DNA of 33,142 nt from a virus (taxonomy: Duplodnaviria; Caudoviricetes): positions 1 to 33,142 of IMG/VR virus record IMGVR_UViG_3300030330_004871. The stretch is one strand, 5' to 3'. This document shows positions 1 to 10,593 of the stretch, piece after piece (the first letter of the stretch is position 1; every line of letters begins with the position of its first letter). Made by a program: the position numbers and the translations under genes. The notes below the pieces were generated by a model, which was not told the DNA's origin, searched no databases, and saw only the letters and a list, made by a program, of their open reading frames with translations.

Positions 1-1
1 T

Positions 2-349
2 GCAGAAATAAAAAAATTTAACGAGGGTGGAATAAATTATTTACCTTCAAAAGTTTCCCATGATGAGAACGATGCAAATAATTATATTCGTGCACATGGA
101 TATGTAGAGGACGGATCTGGAAACGGAGACAAAGACGAAGATACAATGTTAGCTCAATTAGCAGACGGTGAGTTTGTAACAAGAGCAGACGGAGTGTTAG
201 GTGCTGGAATCATAGCTGGAGCAAATCCAAATAGTATGAGAGACATGCGAGAAAAAGGTGCAGCTTACTTCTATGAACAGCAAAAAAGATACAAAAGAGT
301 ATTTGATTTATTGAAGGATGCACATGGCGACAGCTCAAAAAAAAATTAA
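2..349 (+). CDS. C-terminal part of a virion protein (5'-truncated) with an FxxGG...D...A.L.DGEFV motif
   Basis: Frame is open from base 2: AEIKKFNEGGINYL...GSGNGDKDEDTMLAQLADGEFVTRADGV. Resembles the 'FAxGG...G...SD.i.A.LSnGEFV' motif of phage tape-measure/internal proteins. Confidence 0.7.
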   Translation, partial: AEIKKFNEGGINYLPSKVSHDENDANNYIRAHGYVEDGSGNGDKDEDTMLAQLADGEFVTRADGVLGAGIIAGANPNSMRDMREKGAAYFYEQQKRYKRVFDLLKDAHGDSSKKN

Positions 350-782
350 ACCACTTGTAAGTATTTTACCCATTGAACCTAAAGATATTGAAAGGTTCTG
401 GCCTCTTATGGAATTTATGATAGCAGAGGCTTTAACATTTTCAGGTAAGTATGCTGATCCAGAATGGTTCTTTAGAGAGTTAAAAAAAGATGTCATGCAA
501 TGTTGGATAATGTTTGGCTCAGATGAGTCAGAAGAAAACAAAGTTTTTGGTGTAACTATTGGAAGAATAGCTGAACTTCCAAATTTTAGTCAGTATGAAA
601 TTATAATTTGCACAGGAAAAAGAAGAGAGTTATGGGAAGATAATCTTGTTAAAGAAATAACTAATTTTGCAAAACATAATAAATGTAAAAGATTAAGCAT
701 AATGGCCAGACCTGGTTGGGAAAGAGTATCTAAAGACTGGGGTTGGAAAAAGAAACACGTACAATTAGAGAAATGGATATAA
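324..782 (+). CDS. GNAT-fold-like virion assembly protein (T7 gp13/P22 gp14-type position)
   Basis: About 152 aa. GAAGGA lies 5 nt before ATG 324. The C-terminal 'FAKHNKCKRLSIMARPGWERV..WGW' is GNAT-like, and the gene sits just before the ejection proteins. Confidence 0.55.
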   Translation: MATAQKKIKPLVSILPIEPKDIERFWPLMEFMIAEALTFSGKYADPEWFFRELKKDVMQCWIMFGSDESEENKVFGVTIGRIAELPNFSQYEIIICTGKRRELWEDNLVKEITNFAKHNKCKRLSIMARPGWERVSKDWGWKKKHVQLEKWI

Positions 783-783
783 T

Positions 784-1635
784 ATGAGTTTTTTTGGAGG
801 AGGAAGATCATCACAACCTGCACCACCTGCAGCTCAAACACAATTTGTTAGAGAGGCTCCTGGTATAGAGGAACGTAAAATTGAGTTGATGGACATTGCA
901 AGACAAGTTGCACAACAACCAATTGATCTTCCTGATGTCCAAGCAGCACCCGCAGGTGCTTTAGAACAATTAGGTTTTACACAAGCTGGAACAACAGGTG
1001 TAGGAGCTCCTACAGTAGCTCAAGGTATTGCTCAAATCCAGGCAGCAGCAGCTCCAGTGGGTCAAGCACAAATAAATCAATTTTTAAATCCATATCAATC
1101 TTACGTTACAGATGAAATTGCAAGACAAGGTCAGATTGCACAAAATCAATTAGCTGCTAGAGCAGTTGATGCAGGTGCGTTTGGCGGAGCAAGAGAAGGC
1201 GTTCAACAAGCAGAGCTACAGGCAAGAACTCTTGAAGCTATGGGAAGAGCAAACGCTTTAGGTTTTGGACAAGCTTTAGGTGCAGCTCAAAATCAACAAA
1301 GAGTTGGTTTAGCTGCAGGACAACAATTAGGAAATCTTGGAGCAGGGCAACAACAAATGGCAACTAGAGACATTCAAACGTTGTTAGGCGCGGGTGGTGT
1401 GCAAAGACAACTTGCACAACAAGCATTAGATGCACAAAGAGCATCAACTTTACAACAACAATATGAACCTTATCAAAGGGCTGAATTCTTAGCTAACCTA
1501 TATGCTGCAGGACCTAAAACTCAATCAGGAGTTACGATTGGCACACAACCAACTACAAGTCCATTAGCACAAGCAGTAGGAACGGGTATAGGAGCATTCA
1601 CAGCTTATCAAGGTTTAAATCCTCAAGGAGTGTAA
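784..1635 (+). CDS. Internal virion / DNA ejection (pilot) protein, Q/A/G-rich
   Basis: 283 aa with an MSFFGGG N-terminus, 'FLNPY...AGAFGGAR' and a hydrophobic Gly-rich C-terminus. First of three ejection-type genes. Confidence 0.65.
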   Translation: MSFFGGGRSSQPAPPAAQTQFVREAPGIEERKIELMDIARQVAQQPIDLPDVQAAPAGALEQLGFTQAGTTGVGAPTVAQGIAQIQAAAAPVGQAQINQFLNPYQSYVTDEIARQGQIAQNQLAARAVDAGAFGGAREGVQQAELQARTLEAMGRANALGFGQALGAAQNQQRVGLAAGQQLGNLGAGQQQMATRDIQTLLGAGGVQRQLAQQALDAQRASTLQQQYEPYQRAEFLANLYAAGPKTQSGVTIGTQPTTSPLAQAVGTGIGAFTAYQGLNPQGV

Positions 1636-3797
1636 TGTCCATAAATAAAATTTTAAATAGACCTTTGTTTAGAAAAGAAGCTTTAAAAAAAGGCCACCTC
1701 AAACCAATAAGTAAACAATTAGGTGGTGAAATAAGAGCTTTACCAAGTCCTTTTTTTGGTCCACCAAAACCAACTTTGGGTCAAAATATTATGAGAAGTT
1801 TACCAGTAAGAGCGGTAACAGGTTTAGGAAGAGGTTTAATGAACCCTGTTATTTTAGGAGGTTATGCAGGAGGTAAAAAAGTTGCAGATGCTTTTGCCAT
1901 AGAAAATCCTTTAACACGAGAAGGTATTGGATTAGCTGGATCTATAGGTGCAACTAGATTACCTGGTGCGGCAGCAATTGGATCTATGGGTATGGGTCCT
2001 CAAGCAGGTATTTTAGCTGCTTTAGGCTTAGGTTATATGGGAATGAAAGATCAACAAAGATTTGATGCATTGACTCCTCAACAACAAGCAGCAGAAAGAG
2101 CAGAACAAGAAAATTTTGCAAGATCTGTTGAAAGCGATGGTGGTATCTCTCCAAATATTTTTACAAGAGCAAAACCTAAACCAAATATTTTTCAACAAAA
2201 TAAAAATATTACTGAAGTAAGACCTGAAGGAGGTGGTAGAGGTAAAAAACCATCACAAGTAAATGTTGACGTGGCTACTGAACCTCAAAATACAACAGAA
2301 GTTGCTGGAACGAAAAAAATTGATACAGCTAAAATTGCAGAGAACGCGATGGAGTTTCCAAATCCACAATTAAACTTACCAGTTGCTGAAGAAAAAAAAG
2401 AAGAATTTAACCCATTGCAACCTGGTAAACAAGATGAAGATGCGCCTAAAGGTAAGGGACGAGGGTTACAAGCTGATTTAGATGCGTTACAAAAGGATTC
2501 ACCATTCATGCAACAGCTTGACGTAGCAAAACAAATTGCAAAAGAAATGAGAGGAGGCAGAACATCTAATTCTAATCTTATTTTTTTAAGTAATTTAGCA
2601 TCAGGATTATTAACGGGAACGACTAGAAAATCAGGTTTAGGAGGTGCAGTTGAAGTGTTTGGTAAGGCACTTGGACCAGCCGTAAATAATATGGTTATGG
2701 TAAAAATGAAAGAGGATGAGATAAATCAAAACTTGTTGGGTAGAGCCATGGAATTTACAACAGATTTTTTAAAAGCACAAAATGATGCATACGAATTACC
2801 TGACACTGATGAAGTTGGTGTAATTCAAAGAACAAATGCAGATGGAGAATTGGTAAATGTTGCTGGACGTAGACTTAAAGATGGAACTTTACAAATAAAT
2901 ACAGGACAAATAGGTCGGAATGGTAGAAACATATTTGTAACAGTTCCTGGAAGAGATGTAAATTTCATAGCAGACAAAGACAAAAATAAAGATACTTTGG
3001 AACTAGCTGGTGATCTTGCAGGTAAATATGCAGCACTAAATTTAATTAATAGAAGTTTAGGAATTATTTTAGAAGAAAAAGCAGATGCTGGTGTAGGTGG
3101 AGCAATACAATTGTATGGTGGTCGTTTAACTAGAGCGTTAGGTGATGTATTTGACTTTGTTAAACCTTCAGGAAATAACAGAGCTGAATTAAATAGATCA
3201 GGTAGAGCTATATTTGAACTTGAAAGAGATAAGGCTGCTAGGCGATTAGTAAATGCTGGTGAATATGAAACAAAAGATGAAGCAAAAAGATTTTTAGATA
3301 AAACTTTTGGAAATTATAATAAAATAAAAACTAATTACTTTAATGAGGCTAAGAGGAGATTAGAAGGTGGTAAATCACTAGATTATGAAAGACTTGCAAT
3401 TAATGAAACAGTTTTAGTTTACAAATTAGCTAATTCTTTAAAATCAAAAGATAGATTAACACAAAAAGATATTGAAATGGCAAAAAATCTTGTAAGAGTA
3501 TTCCCATTCTTAAGAGGTGAAACAGACGTAACAGCATCACTTCAAGCTACGGCAGAAACAATTCTTGACGATATTAAACAAAATGAAAGAATGTATCTTA
3601 AAGCTGGAGGAGCTTCTTCTTATTTAGAAAATGAAAGAAGAGCATACGGTCTTGATACTAGACCATTCCAAGGTGACAGTCAAATTGATGTGAGAGCAAA
3701 AGAACTACAGGACTTGACTGAAGAAGAATTAGAACAAAAATTTAATATAGTTACACCACTTGTTGGTCAAACAGGTCGTGGAACTCAAAGAGGTTAA
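1635..3797 (+). CDS. Internal virion / ejection protein
   Basis: 720 aa with Gly/Ala hydrophobic segments and helical regions; TAATG coupling to the upstream gene. Confidence 0.55.
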   Translation: MSINKILNRPLFRKEALKKGHLKPISKQLGGEIRALPSPFFGPPKPTLGQNIMRSLPVRAVTGLGRGLMNPVILGGYAGGKKVADAFAIENPLTREGIGLAGSIGATRLPGAAAIGSMGMGPQAGILAALGLGYMGMKDQQRFDALTPQQQAAERAEQENFARSVESDGGISPNIFTRAKPKPNIFQQNKNITEVRPEGGGRGKKPSQVNVDVATEPQNTTEVAGTKKIDTAKIAENAMEFPNPQLNLPVAEEKKEEFNPLQPGKQDEDAPKGKGRGLQADLDALQKDSPFMQQLDVAKQIAKEMRGGRTSNSNLIFLSNLASGLLTGTTRKSGLGGAVEVFGKALGPAVNNMVMVKMKEDEINQNLLGRAMEFTTDFLKAQNDAYELPDTDEVGVIQRTNADGELVNVAGRRLKDGTLQINTGQIGRNGRNIFVTVPGRDVNFIADKDKNKDTLELAGDLAGKYAALNLINRSLGIILEEKADAGVGGAIQLYGGRLTRALGDVFDFVKPSGNNRAELNRSGRAIFELERDKAARRLVNAGEYETKDEAKRFLDKTFGNYNKIKTNYFNEAKRRLEGGKSLDYERLAINETVLVYKLANSLKSKDRLTQKDIEMAKNLVRVFPFLRGETDVTASLQATAETILDDIKQNERMYLKAGGASSYLENERRAYGLDTRPFQGDSQIDVRAKELQDLTEEELEQKFNIVTPLVGQTGRGTQRG

Positions 3798-3798
3798 T

Positions 3799-6700
3799 AT
3801 GAGTGAATTTATTGAAAATCTTCAAAAACAATTAGATGATAAAACTCTTAATCCAGAAAATTTAACTAATGAACAGAAATCTATAATTGATGAATTAATT
3901 AGAAGAAAAAAATTAAAAGGTCCAACCACTCAACAACTTACAGAAATGAGAGAAGGCGCAAGGGAGGATATTGTAAGTGAAAAAGAATTTCTTCAACAAC
4001 CTTTAAAAGCATCAACTGGCGTTGGTTCACCCACTTATGAATTAGCGGGTGACGTTGCTGGTAGTATTTTTCCATATGCTTATAACAGAAAAGAAATTTT
4101 TAAAGCTGCTAAAGATGGAATTTTAAATACCAAGGGGACTGGTTTTTTTGTAGAACAAGCCGATAAACTATCAAGAGCTTTACCAGGAAGATTTAAATTA
4201 TTTGGTGGTGCAATTAGAGGTATTGGTAAACTTTTAAATCCATTATCAAGAGCTTATCGAGGCCCACTTTTAAAAACTGAAATTCAGTCTGTATTAGGAG
4301 GAACTCTAGGAGCAGGAGCAGGAGCTTTTACATATGATACATTAAATGAACAAGTGGGTGTAACTGTTGCCTCAGCACTTGCAGACGATTTATCTGAAAT
4401 ACCAGAGGGTGAAGTAGAGAGAGACCAACTTGTAAATACAGCAGTAGCAATGAAAAATGCTTTATTGTTTAACACAGGAGCATCTATATTATCTCCATTT
4501 GTTTTTGGACCTTTTGGCAAACTATTAAAAAATGGTTTTGGCACAGTAGGACCTAAACAAAAAGAACTTGCTATGTTTGCAAGAGACAAAGGTTTACCTT
4601 TACCTATGCTATCGGCTCTTAAAGAAGGACAAGGAACTTTTTCAGGACTTGGAAGAAATTTTTTTAAATTTATGGGGGTATTCCCACTTGTAGCTCCTAT
4701 TGGTAAAGTTGCAAAATCTGAGGCAGAAATTGCCGGAGGTAAAAGATATCTTGAAGATTTACAAGCTTACTCTCCACTACTAAAAGTAAGTGCAATAAAT
4801 AGCAGTGTTCGAAAACAAGCTGAAAAGGTGTTTATTCAAAATACGGATCTTTATAATAGTGCTTATAAACAATTTGATAATTTAGCTGTTAATTCAGGAA
4901 ACCCTAGAATGATTAGTTTAAAAAAGACACAACAAGCGGCAAGAGAATTTATTGAGGAAAACGCAGAACAATTTCCTGAGTTTCAACAATATTTAGGAGT
5001 TAGAAATATTGAGGCGGCACCTTTAAAAGACATTGAAAAAATACTAACAATGCAAGGTGATCCTATAAACATGTTTATGAAAGCGATGCTTCAAATAGGT
5101 GATAACAATTTACTTTCACCAAAACAATTTAAGGGTGTTATGACAATGTTAAACAATGCAATTGAAGGTAGTCGTTACTCTACACTTAAAGATAATATGT
5201 TTATTATGCGTGAAGCTATGGAAACAGATTTTGCAAGGTTTGGTAACGACATTGAAAATCTTTCATATTTTTTAAAAGATGAAGGCATAAAAGCAACTTA
5301 TGATACTATTCAATCTACAAGTGGTAAAAATTTAGCTGATCAATTTTTAGAAAAAAGTAGAGACTCAGCAAGGTTATTAAAAGACCAATTAATGTTAGCA
5401 AATAAAATTTTTGCTGATGTACAAGGATTTTATCAACTCTCTCCAGTAATACAAACGTTAAGAAAATTTGACAGAAACGCTTTTACGGCAAAAAGTTTAG
5501 AGGGATTTCAGGGGGCTGGAACTCAATACAGAGATCAATTATTTAAAAACATTGGACAAGCAGTCTTTGAAAATGATTCAGTTGATGCACTTGTTCAATT
5601 TAAAAAATTAATAGGTGCAGAGGGTTCTTCAGAAATTGGAGTAAAAGCTACGGAGGGTGGTGAAAATTTATTTAAAGCTGTTCAAGCAAAATATGCTTTC
5701 AATAAATTTTTAAGAGCTTTTAAAAGCCCCTCTGATGCTGGTGCAAATTCATTAATTAATTTTGTTGATGAAGATGTATCAATAAAATCTGGTACAAAAT
5801 ATTTAACTGATACTTTGAAAGTAATGACTCGTGATGAAAAACGTGCCCTAAAAGATTTTAGTATCAAAGAAGTTAAAAAAAATAACGGTATATTTGATGT
5901 TACAGAATTAAAATTTGGTGCTGATGATTTTGCTGAGTTTGATGCTGACAAATTTATGAGATCTTTTGGTATTGCAAATTCATTTGATGAGGGTGGTAGA
6001 AGAAAAATACAATATATGCTTGGTAATAAAGGTGCAGAAGAATTTTATAATTTTGCATCTTATATGAAAGCGATTGGTGAAACACAAATTTCCGACCCTT
6101 CTCAATTTTTAGCTAGAAGATTAACACTTGGTGGAGGATTAATTGGAGGTTTAGGTTTAGCCTTTGGAGGTTCTGGACTTATAGCTGCTGCTGCTTTTCT
6201 TTTACTATCAAGAAGAGCTGGACAAATTTTGTCAGACCCTATTGCTATAAGAGCTATGAATGACGCTCTTTTGCCAGATGAAACATTAAAAATATTAAGA
6301 GGTGAAAAGCTTGGAACAGGAACGCCTAAAGCAACTTTTTTACCTGGCAGAGATTACTATTCAGGAAGAAGTGTGCAAACTGTAGTGGACGCTTTAAAAG
6401 TAAATAGTGTATTAGGTAAAACAAAAGCTGTAACAGAGTCAGCTATGAAATTAGGGATGACAAGAAAAAGAGATGCTTTAGCAAGATTAATAAATTATTT
6501 AGCAGAAGAAGATAAAGATATACCAAAAGTTGATCCAAAAACTATTAGTGAAGCTGAAATAATTGATAGGTTATCTGAATTACCTATGTCTATTCCAGAG
6601 CCAATATTTAAAGATAACATACCAGAAAAGGTTGATGAGGTAATGTTTGCAAATGATTTTAGTAATTCATCAGGTGATACAAATGAAGATAATAACTTAG

Positions 6701-6927
6701 TTGGAATGATTAATAGATCAATTCAGAATAACGCAATAATAGAGAATCAAGAATTGGAAGCACAAAGACAAGAAGATTCTTCAGTCATGGGTGATTTACA
6801 ATTACAAAGTCCTGTTCAAGAAACAGCGCAAACCGGACAAGTAGTGAACCCGCAACAATTTGCAGCTTTATTTCCAGATGATTCTTTAGGAGCTCAGATA
6901 GCACAACGAGGTACTAGAAATGTCTAA
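3799..6927 (+). CDS. Large internal virion / ejection protein
   Basis: About 1042 aa from ATG 3799 (GAGG upstream). Helical, with two Gly-rich hydrophobic stretches and a C-terminal 'FAALFPDD'. Position matches T7 gp16/P22 gp16. Confidence 0.6.
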   Translation: MSEFIENLQKQLDDKTLNPENLTNEQKSIIDELIRRKKLKGPTTQQLTEMREGAREDIVSEKEFLQQPLKASTGVGSPTYELAGDVAGSIFPYAYNRKEIFKAAKDGILNTKGTGFFVEQADKLSRALPGRFKLFGGAIRGIGKLLNPLSRAYRGPLLKTEIQSVLGGTLGAGAGAFTYDTLNEQVGVTVASALADDLSEIPEGEVERDQLVNTAVAMKNALLFNTGASILSPFVFGPFGKLLKNGFGTVGPKQKELAMFARDKGLPLPMLSALKEGQGTFSGLGRNFFKFMGVFPLVAPIGKVAKSEAEIAGGKRYLEDLQAYSPLLKVSAINSSVRKQAEKVFIQNTDLYNSAYKQFDNLAVNSGNPRMISLKKTQQAAREFIEENAEQFPEFQQYLGVRNIEAAPLKDIEKILTMQGDPINMFMKAMLQIGDNNLLSPKQFKGVMTMLNNAIEGSRYSTLKDNMFIMREAMETDFARFGNDIENLSYFLKDEGIKATYDTIQSTSGKNLADQFLEKSRDSARLLKDQLMLANKIFADVQGFYQLSPVIQTLRKFDRNAFTAKSLEGFQGAGTQYRDQLFKNIGQAVFENDSVDALVQFKKLIGAEGSSEIGVKATEGGENLFKAVQAKYAFNKFLRAFKSPSDAGANSLINFVDEDVSIKSGTKYLTDTLKVMTRDEKRALKDFSIKEVKKNNGIFDVTELKFGADDFAEFDADKFMRSFGIANSFDEGGRRKIQYMLGNKGAEEFYNFASYMKAIGETQISDPSQFLARRLTLGGGLIGGLGLAFGGSGLIAAAAFLLLSRRAGQILSDPIAIRAMNDALLPDETLKILRGEKLGTGTPKATFLPGRDYYSGRSVQTVVDALKVNSVLGKTKAVTESAMKLGMTRKRDALARLINYLAEEDKDIPKVDPKTISEAEIIDRLSELPMSIPEPIFKDNIPEKVDEVMFANDFSNSSGDTNEDNNLVGMINRSIQNNAIIENQELEAQRQEDSSVMGDLQLQSPVQETAQTGQVVNPQQFAALFPDDSLGAQIAQRGTRNV

Positions 6928-7108
6928 AGAAGCTTTACAAAAAATAGAATCGCATGAAAAACTTTGTAGAATAATGCAAAAACAAACCCATGATAAAATT
7001 CATAATTTAGAAAAAGCAGTAAGCAGAATAGAAAAAATAATGTTGACTTCTGCAGGTGTATTAATTACAGGTATGGCTAGTGTCATAATTGTATTAATCA
7101 CAAAATGA
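6920..7108 (+). CDS. Small coiled-coil protein with C-terminal TM helix (XhlA/holin-like)
   Basis: 62 aa: HEKLC...RIEK followed by a hydrophobic C-terminus; GAGG RBS. Confidence 0.6.
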   Translation: MSKEALQKIESHEKLCRIMQKQTHDKIHNLEKAVSRIEKIMLTSAGVLITGMASVIIVLITK

Positions 7109-7758
7109 AGTTAAATAAAAAATATCCTTACAAACATTATAATAGATTCTCAGATACAACCGGCAGAAAATATTTAGTTGATAATATAAAAGTCCCTTCA
7201 GTAACAACAATTTTAGGAGCCACAAAAGATAAAAGATTTTTAGATAATTGGCGTAGGCGTATTGGTGACAAAGAAGCAGATCGAATCATGAGACAAGCAT
7301 CGACTGTAGGAACAGAAATGCACCAAGTCCTTGAATATTATCTTACAGGTCAAGGTTATTACAATGCAGCTGAAGAGGGCACTAAACCTAGAATGATGGC
7401 AAAAACCATTTTGGACAACATTAAACTAGATGAAGTGTGGGGTAATGAAATAAGCCTTGAATATAAAAATCAATTTGCAGGAACTTGTGATCTAACAGCA
7501 GTTGCATATGGTAAACCCAGTATAGTTGATTGGAAGCAATCAAATAGGCCAAAAAAAGAAGAATGGGTAGAGGACTATAAACTACAGCTAGGTGCCTATT
7601 ATTTAGCCCATACAACGAACTACGGGCCCATAGAACAGGGGGTAATTAGTATTTGCACCCGTGACCTCCAATATCAGGAATTTAGGCTCTCAGAGGCTGA
7701 TTTGAAAGAATATGCAGATAAATTTTTATTAAGAGTTGATCAATTTAATAAATTATAA
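7105..7758 (+). CDS. PD-(D/E)xK exonuclease (MGME1/Cas4-like phage exonuclease)
   Basis: Motifs PSVTTIL, GTEMH, E...AGTCDL...IVDWK and QLGAY. Confidence 0.85.
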   Translation: MKLNKKYPYKHYNRFSDTTGRKYLVDNIKVPSVTTILGATKDKRFLDNWRRRIGDKEADRIMRQASTVGTEMHQVLEYYLTGQGYYNAAEEGTKPRMMAKTILDNIKLDEVWGNEISLEYKNQFAGTCDLTAVAYGKPSIVDWKQSNRPKKEEWVEDYKLQLGAYYLAHTTNYGPIEQGVISICTRDLQYQEFRLSEADLKEYADKFLLRVDQFNKL

Positions 7759-9180
7759 CAACCAGTCTTTAAGGTCTTCTTCTCCCAAAGTTTTAGCAGC
7801 TATTTGACCCTTACTTACTAAAGACTTCATTATTGCTTCATCTAGGGTATTTTTAGCTACAATATCAATATAAACAACAGAACCCTTTTGACCCATTCTG
7901 TGCGCTCTATCTTCTGATTGTTTACGCACTTCTAAATTGTAGTTATTTGAGTAATAAATTACTGTATTACAAGCAGTAAGAGTAAGACCAAACCCACCAG
8001 TAGTTGGGTTGCCAACAAGAAATCTACACGTTGGATCCTTCTGTATACGTTCAACAGCCTTTTTTCTATTTTCAACATTAACTTCTCCATAGATAGATAC
8101 GACAGCATTGTTGCCATATTTTTTTTGCAAAAACATTATAATTTCTTTAATATTATAAATATAGTTAGCCCAGATAATAACTTTACCATCTGTTTCCTCT
8201 AATATCTCCTCTAGTGTATTTAATTTTGATTTATGTAAAGCCATAATTTGACCATCATCATTTTTAGTAAAACCATTACATACCTGATGTAATTTTATTA
8301 TTTCAGTAAGTTTATTTGAAAAAGATATGGTACTATCCTCAACGATAGCTAGAGCGGTTGTTCTGAGTTTTTCATAAATTTTTTTACCTTCACCCTCTAA
8401 TTCTATATATCTTTTCTGACGAATTTTTGGTTTTAAATCAAGACATTGATCCTTTCTAATCCTAGTAGAAAATTGTTGTAATTTTGTTTCTAACTCTTCC
8501 AGGCGTTTATAGTATTTAGGCACACTGATAAATCTACCTGAACCCACTTGTATGTCAGTCATTTCAGCATATCTATTTCTAAAAGCTAAGTAACTAGAAA
8601 AACCTAATAGTTCTGGACTTAAAAATTGACATTGTGTATAAAGGTCTAATGGAGATTTTGTTATTGGCGATCCTGTTAATATGCGCCTTATACGAGACAA
8701 TGATCTTAATCCTAAAATGTTTTTTGTTCTTTTTGCTGATCTGTTTTTTATTGTGGTTGATTCATCCAGTGCTACAAAATTTAATTTATTTGTAGATAAA
8801 TAATTTACACAAGCATTAAATCCTCTTTTAGTTGATAGTGCTTCCACGTTGATTAGAAAGATTCTAAGTTTATTTGTTTTGTTAAGCTTTTCGAAATCTT
8901 TAGGTTTATCTAAATTCCATTTATATATTTTATATTCAACAGCTTTTGGTAAATGTGTTTGTATTTCAGTTTCCCATACTGTATAAACTGACTTAGGTGC
9001 TATGATTAACGCTGATGTTATTTGTTTTTTGAAAAACAAATAAGCCATGTTATCTATTGTAACTTTTGTTTTTCCAGTGCCCATTTCCATAAAGTATGCC
9101 CACTGCATTTTTTCTGCAGATTGATTTAAAGCATTCCTTTGATGTTCATAAGGAATTGTCTTATACGGGTATTTCCACAT
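7753..9180 (-). CDS. SNF2-family (SF2) helicase
   Basis: PYEHQ, MEMGTGKT (Walker A), LDEST, LTGSP, GGFGLTL and QSEDRAHRMGQ. Probable start is MWKYPYK at 9180, because the longer ORF would overlap the divergent gene. Confidence 0.9.
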   Translation of the reverse strand: MWKYPYKTIPYEHQRNALNQSAEKMQWAYFMEMGTGKTKVTIDNMAYLFFKKQITSALIIAPKSVYTVWETEIQTHLPKAVEYKIYKWNLDKPKDFEKLNKTNKLRIFLINVEALSTKRGFNACVNYLSTNKLNFVALDESTTIKNRSAKRTKNILGLRSLSRIRRILTGSPITKSPLDLYTQCQFLSPELLGFSSYLAFRNRYAEMTDIQVGSGRFISVPKYYKRLEELETKLQQFSTRIRKDQCLDLKPKIRQKRYIELEGEGKKIYEKLRTTALAIVEDSTISFSNKLTEIIKLHQVCNGFTKNDDGQIMALHKSKLNTLEEILEETDGKVIIWANYIYNIKEIIMFLQKKYGNNAVVSIYGEVNVENRKKAVERIQKDPTCRFLVGNPTTGGFGLTLTACNTVIYYSNNYNLEVRKQSEDRAHRMGQKGSVVYIDIVAKNTLDEAIMKSLVSKGQIAAKTLGEEDLKDWLL

Positions 9181-9250
9181 CCTATACACATATATATTTT
9201 TTTTGTTTACAAGATCAAGTAAATAATTTAAGACCCCAACAGGAGGATTT

Positions 9251-9790
9251 ATGGATATTGAAAAAATGTCAAATTTAGACATTAGTCAAGATAGTGTAAA
9301 ATCTATTTCTGATAAATGTAATCAACTCAAAGACCTTCAAACTCAAATTGAAAATGCAGAAGAAAAATTAAAAACTTTAAAAAATCAATCGAGAGATTTG
9401 GAGGAGAGAATAATTCCAGAGATGATGCAGGAAGCCGGTGTATCTTTGCTTAAATTAGCTGATGGGTCAACTGTAGAAGTTAAACCATTCTATGCAGCAA
9501 AAATTCCTGAGTCACGTGTTGATGAAGCCTTCGGTTATTTAAGAAGTAATGGATTCGAAGATTTAATTAAGAATACTGTTACTGCTTCATTTGGTCGAGG
9601 ACAAGACAACCAAGTCTCTGAATTAATAAATGTGTGTGAGAAGTTTGGTTTTAACTATAATAAAAAAGAAAAAGTTGAACCTATGACTTTAAAGGCATTT
9701 GTTAAAGAACAAGTTGAGGGCGGTAAAAAATTACCATTTGATTTGTTCGGTGTGTACATCGCAAATAAAACGAAAATAACAAATAAATAA
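9251..9790 (+). CDS. Conserved phage replication-module protein (coiled-coil N-terminus)
   Basis: 179 aa with a strong AGGAGG RBS at 9241; 'VEPMTLKAFVKE' motif of the kind seen next to SSB genes. Confidence 0.75.
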   Translation: MDIEKMSNLDISQDSVKSISDKCNQLKDLQTQIENAEEKLKTLKNQSRDLEERIIPEMMQEAGVSLLKLADGSTVEVKPFYAAKIPESRVDEAFGYLRSNGFEDLIKNTVTASFGRGQDNQVSELINVCEKFGFNYNKKEKVEPMTLKAFVKEQVEGGKKLPFDLFGVYIANKTKITNK

Positions 9791-9800
9791 TAGGTAACAT

Positions 9801-10592
9801 ATGAAAATAAAAGACGGACAATCGAACGAAGTGGCGATTAAAAAACCTGCAGGAGCAGTAGCATCAATTAATATTGAGCAATTTGCAGACGCAGGATTTG
9901 AAAATGTAGACTCTAAAAGTCTAGCATTACCATTTCTAAAAGTTCTTGGTCAGCTTTCACCACAGGTAACACAAGGTGATAGCCAGTTTATGGCACAAGC
10001 TAGAGCAGGAATGATATATAACACTGTAACAGACGAGTTATATGAAGGTCAAAAAGGCATAACTGTAATTCCTTGTTACTATAAGTTGGAATATATTGAA
10101 TGGAGAGACAGAGAAAAAGGTGCTGTAGCTCCGGTAAATGTTTATCCAGCTGATTCAGATATCATGAGTAAAACTACTCGTGGAGATGATGGTAAGGATA
10201 GACTTGAGAATGGCAATTACATAGAAGAGACAGCATCTCACTATGTTATGATTCTTGAGGAAGAAAAATCATCTACAGCCTTAATTACTATGAAGTCTAC
10301 TCAAAGAAAAAAATCAAAGAAGTGGAATTCCATGATGATGTCCTTAAGGCAAAAGAGAAAAGACGGCAAAGGTTTTTTTAAACCAGCACCGTTTACTCAA
10401 ATGTATTCACTTAAAACCGTATTAGAAAAGAATAATTTAGGTTCTTGGTTCGGTTGGGAGATAGAACATTTAGGACAAGTGGAGAGCGAAGATACAATCA
10501 AAGCTGCTTATGACTTTTATGAGTCTTGTAAAAAAGGAGCAGTAAGAGTTAACCACGGAAAAGAAGAACAAGTAGAAAAAACTCCATTCTAA
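9801..10592 (+). CDS. Putative single-stranded DNA-binding / annealing protein
   Basis: 263 aa, 'LPFLKVLGQLSPQV', 'MKSTQRKKSKKWNSMM' and an SSB-like acidic tail ending in PF. Confidence 0.6.
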   Translation: MKIKDGQSNEVAIKKPAGAVASINIEQFADAGFENVDSKSLALPFLKVLGQLSPQVTQGDSQFMAQARAGMIYNTVTDELYEGQKGITVIPCYYKLEYIEWRDREKGAVAPVNVYPADSDIMSKTTRGDDGKDRLENGNYIEETASHYVMILEEEKSSTALITMKSTQRKKSKKWNSMMMSLRQKRKDGKGFFKPAPFTQMYSLKTVLEKNNLGSWFGWEIEHLGQVESEDTIKAAYDFYESCKKGAVRVNHGKEEQVEKTPF

Positions 10593-10593
10593 C

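Noticed and set aside
9181-9282. N-terminal extension of the SNF2 helicase in the ORF track
   Set aside because: It overlaps the divergent gene and its RBS; the helicase motifs begin after Met at 9180.
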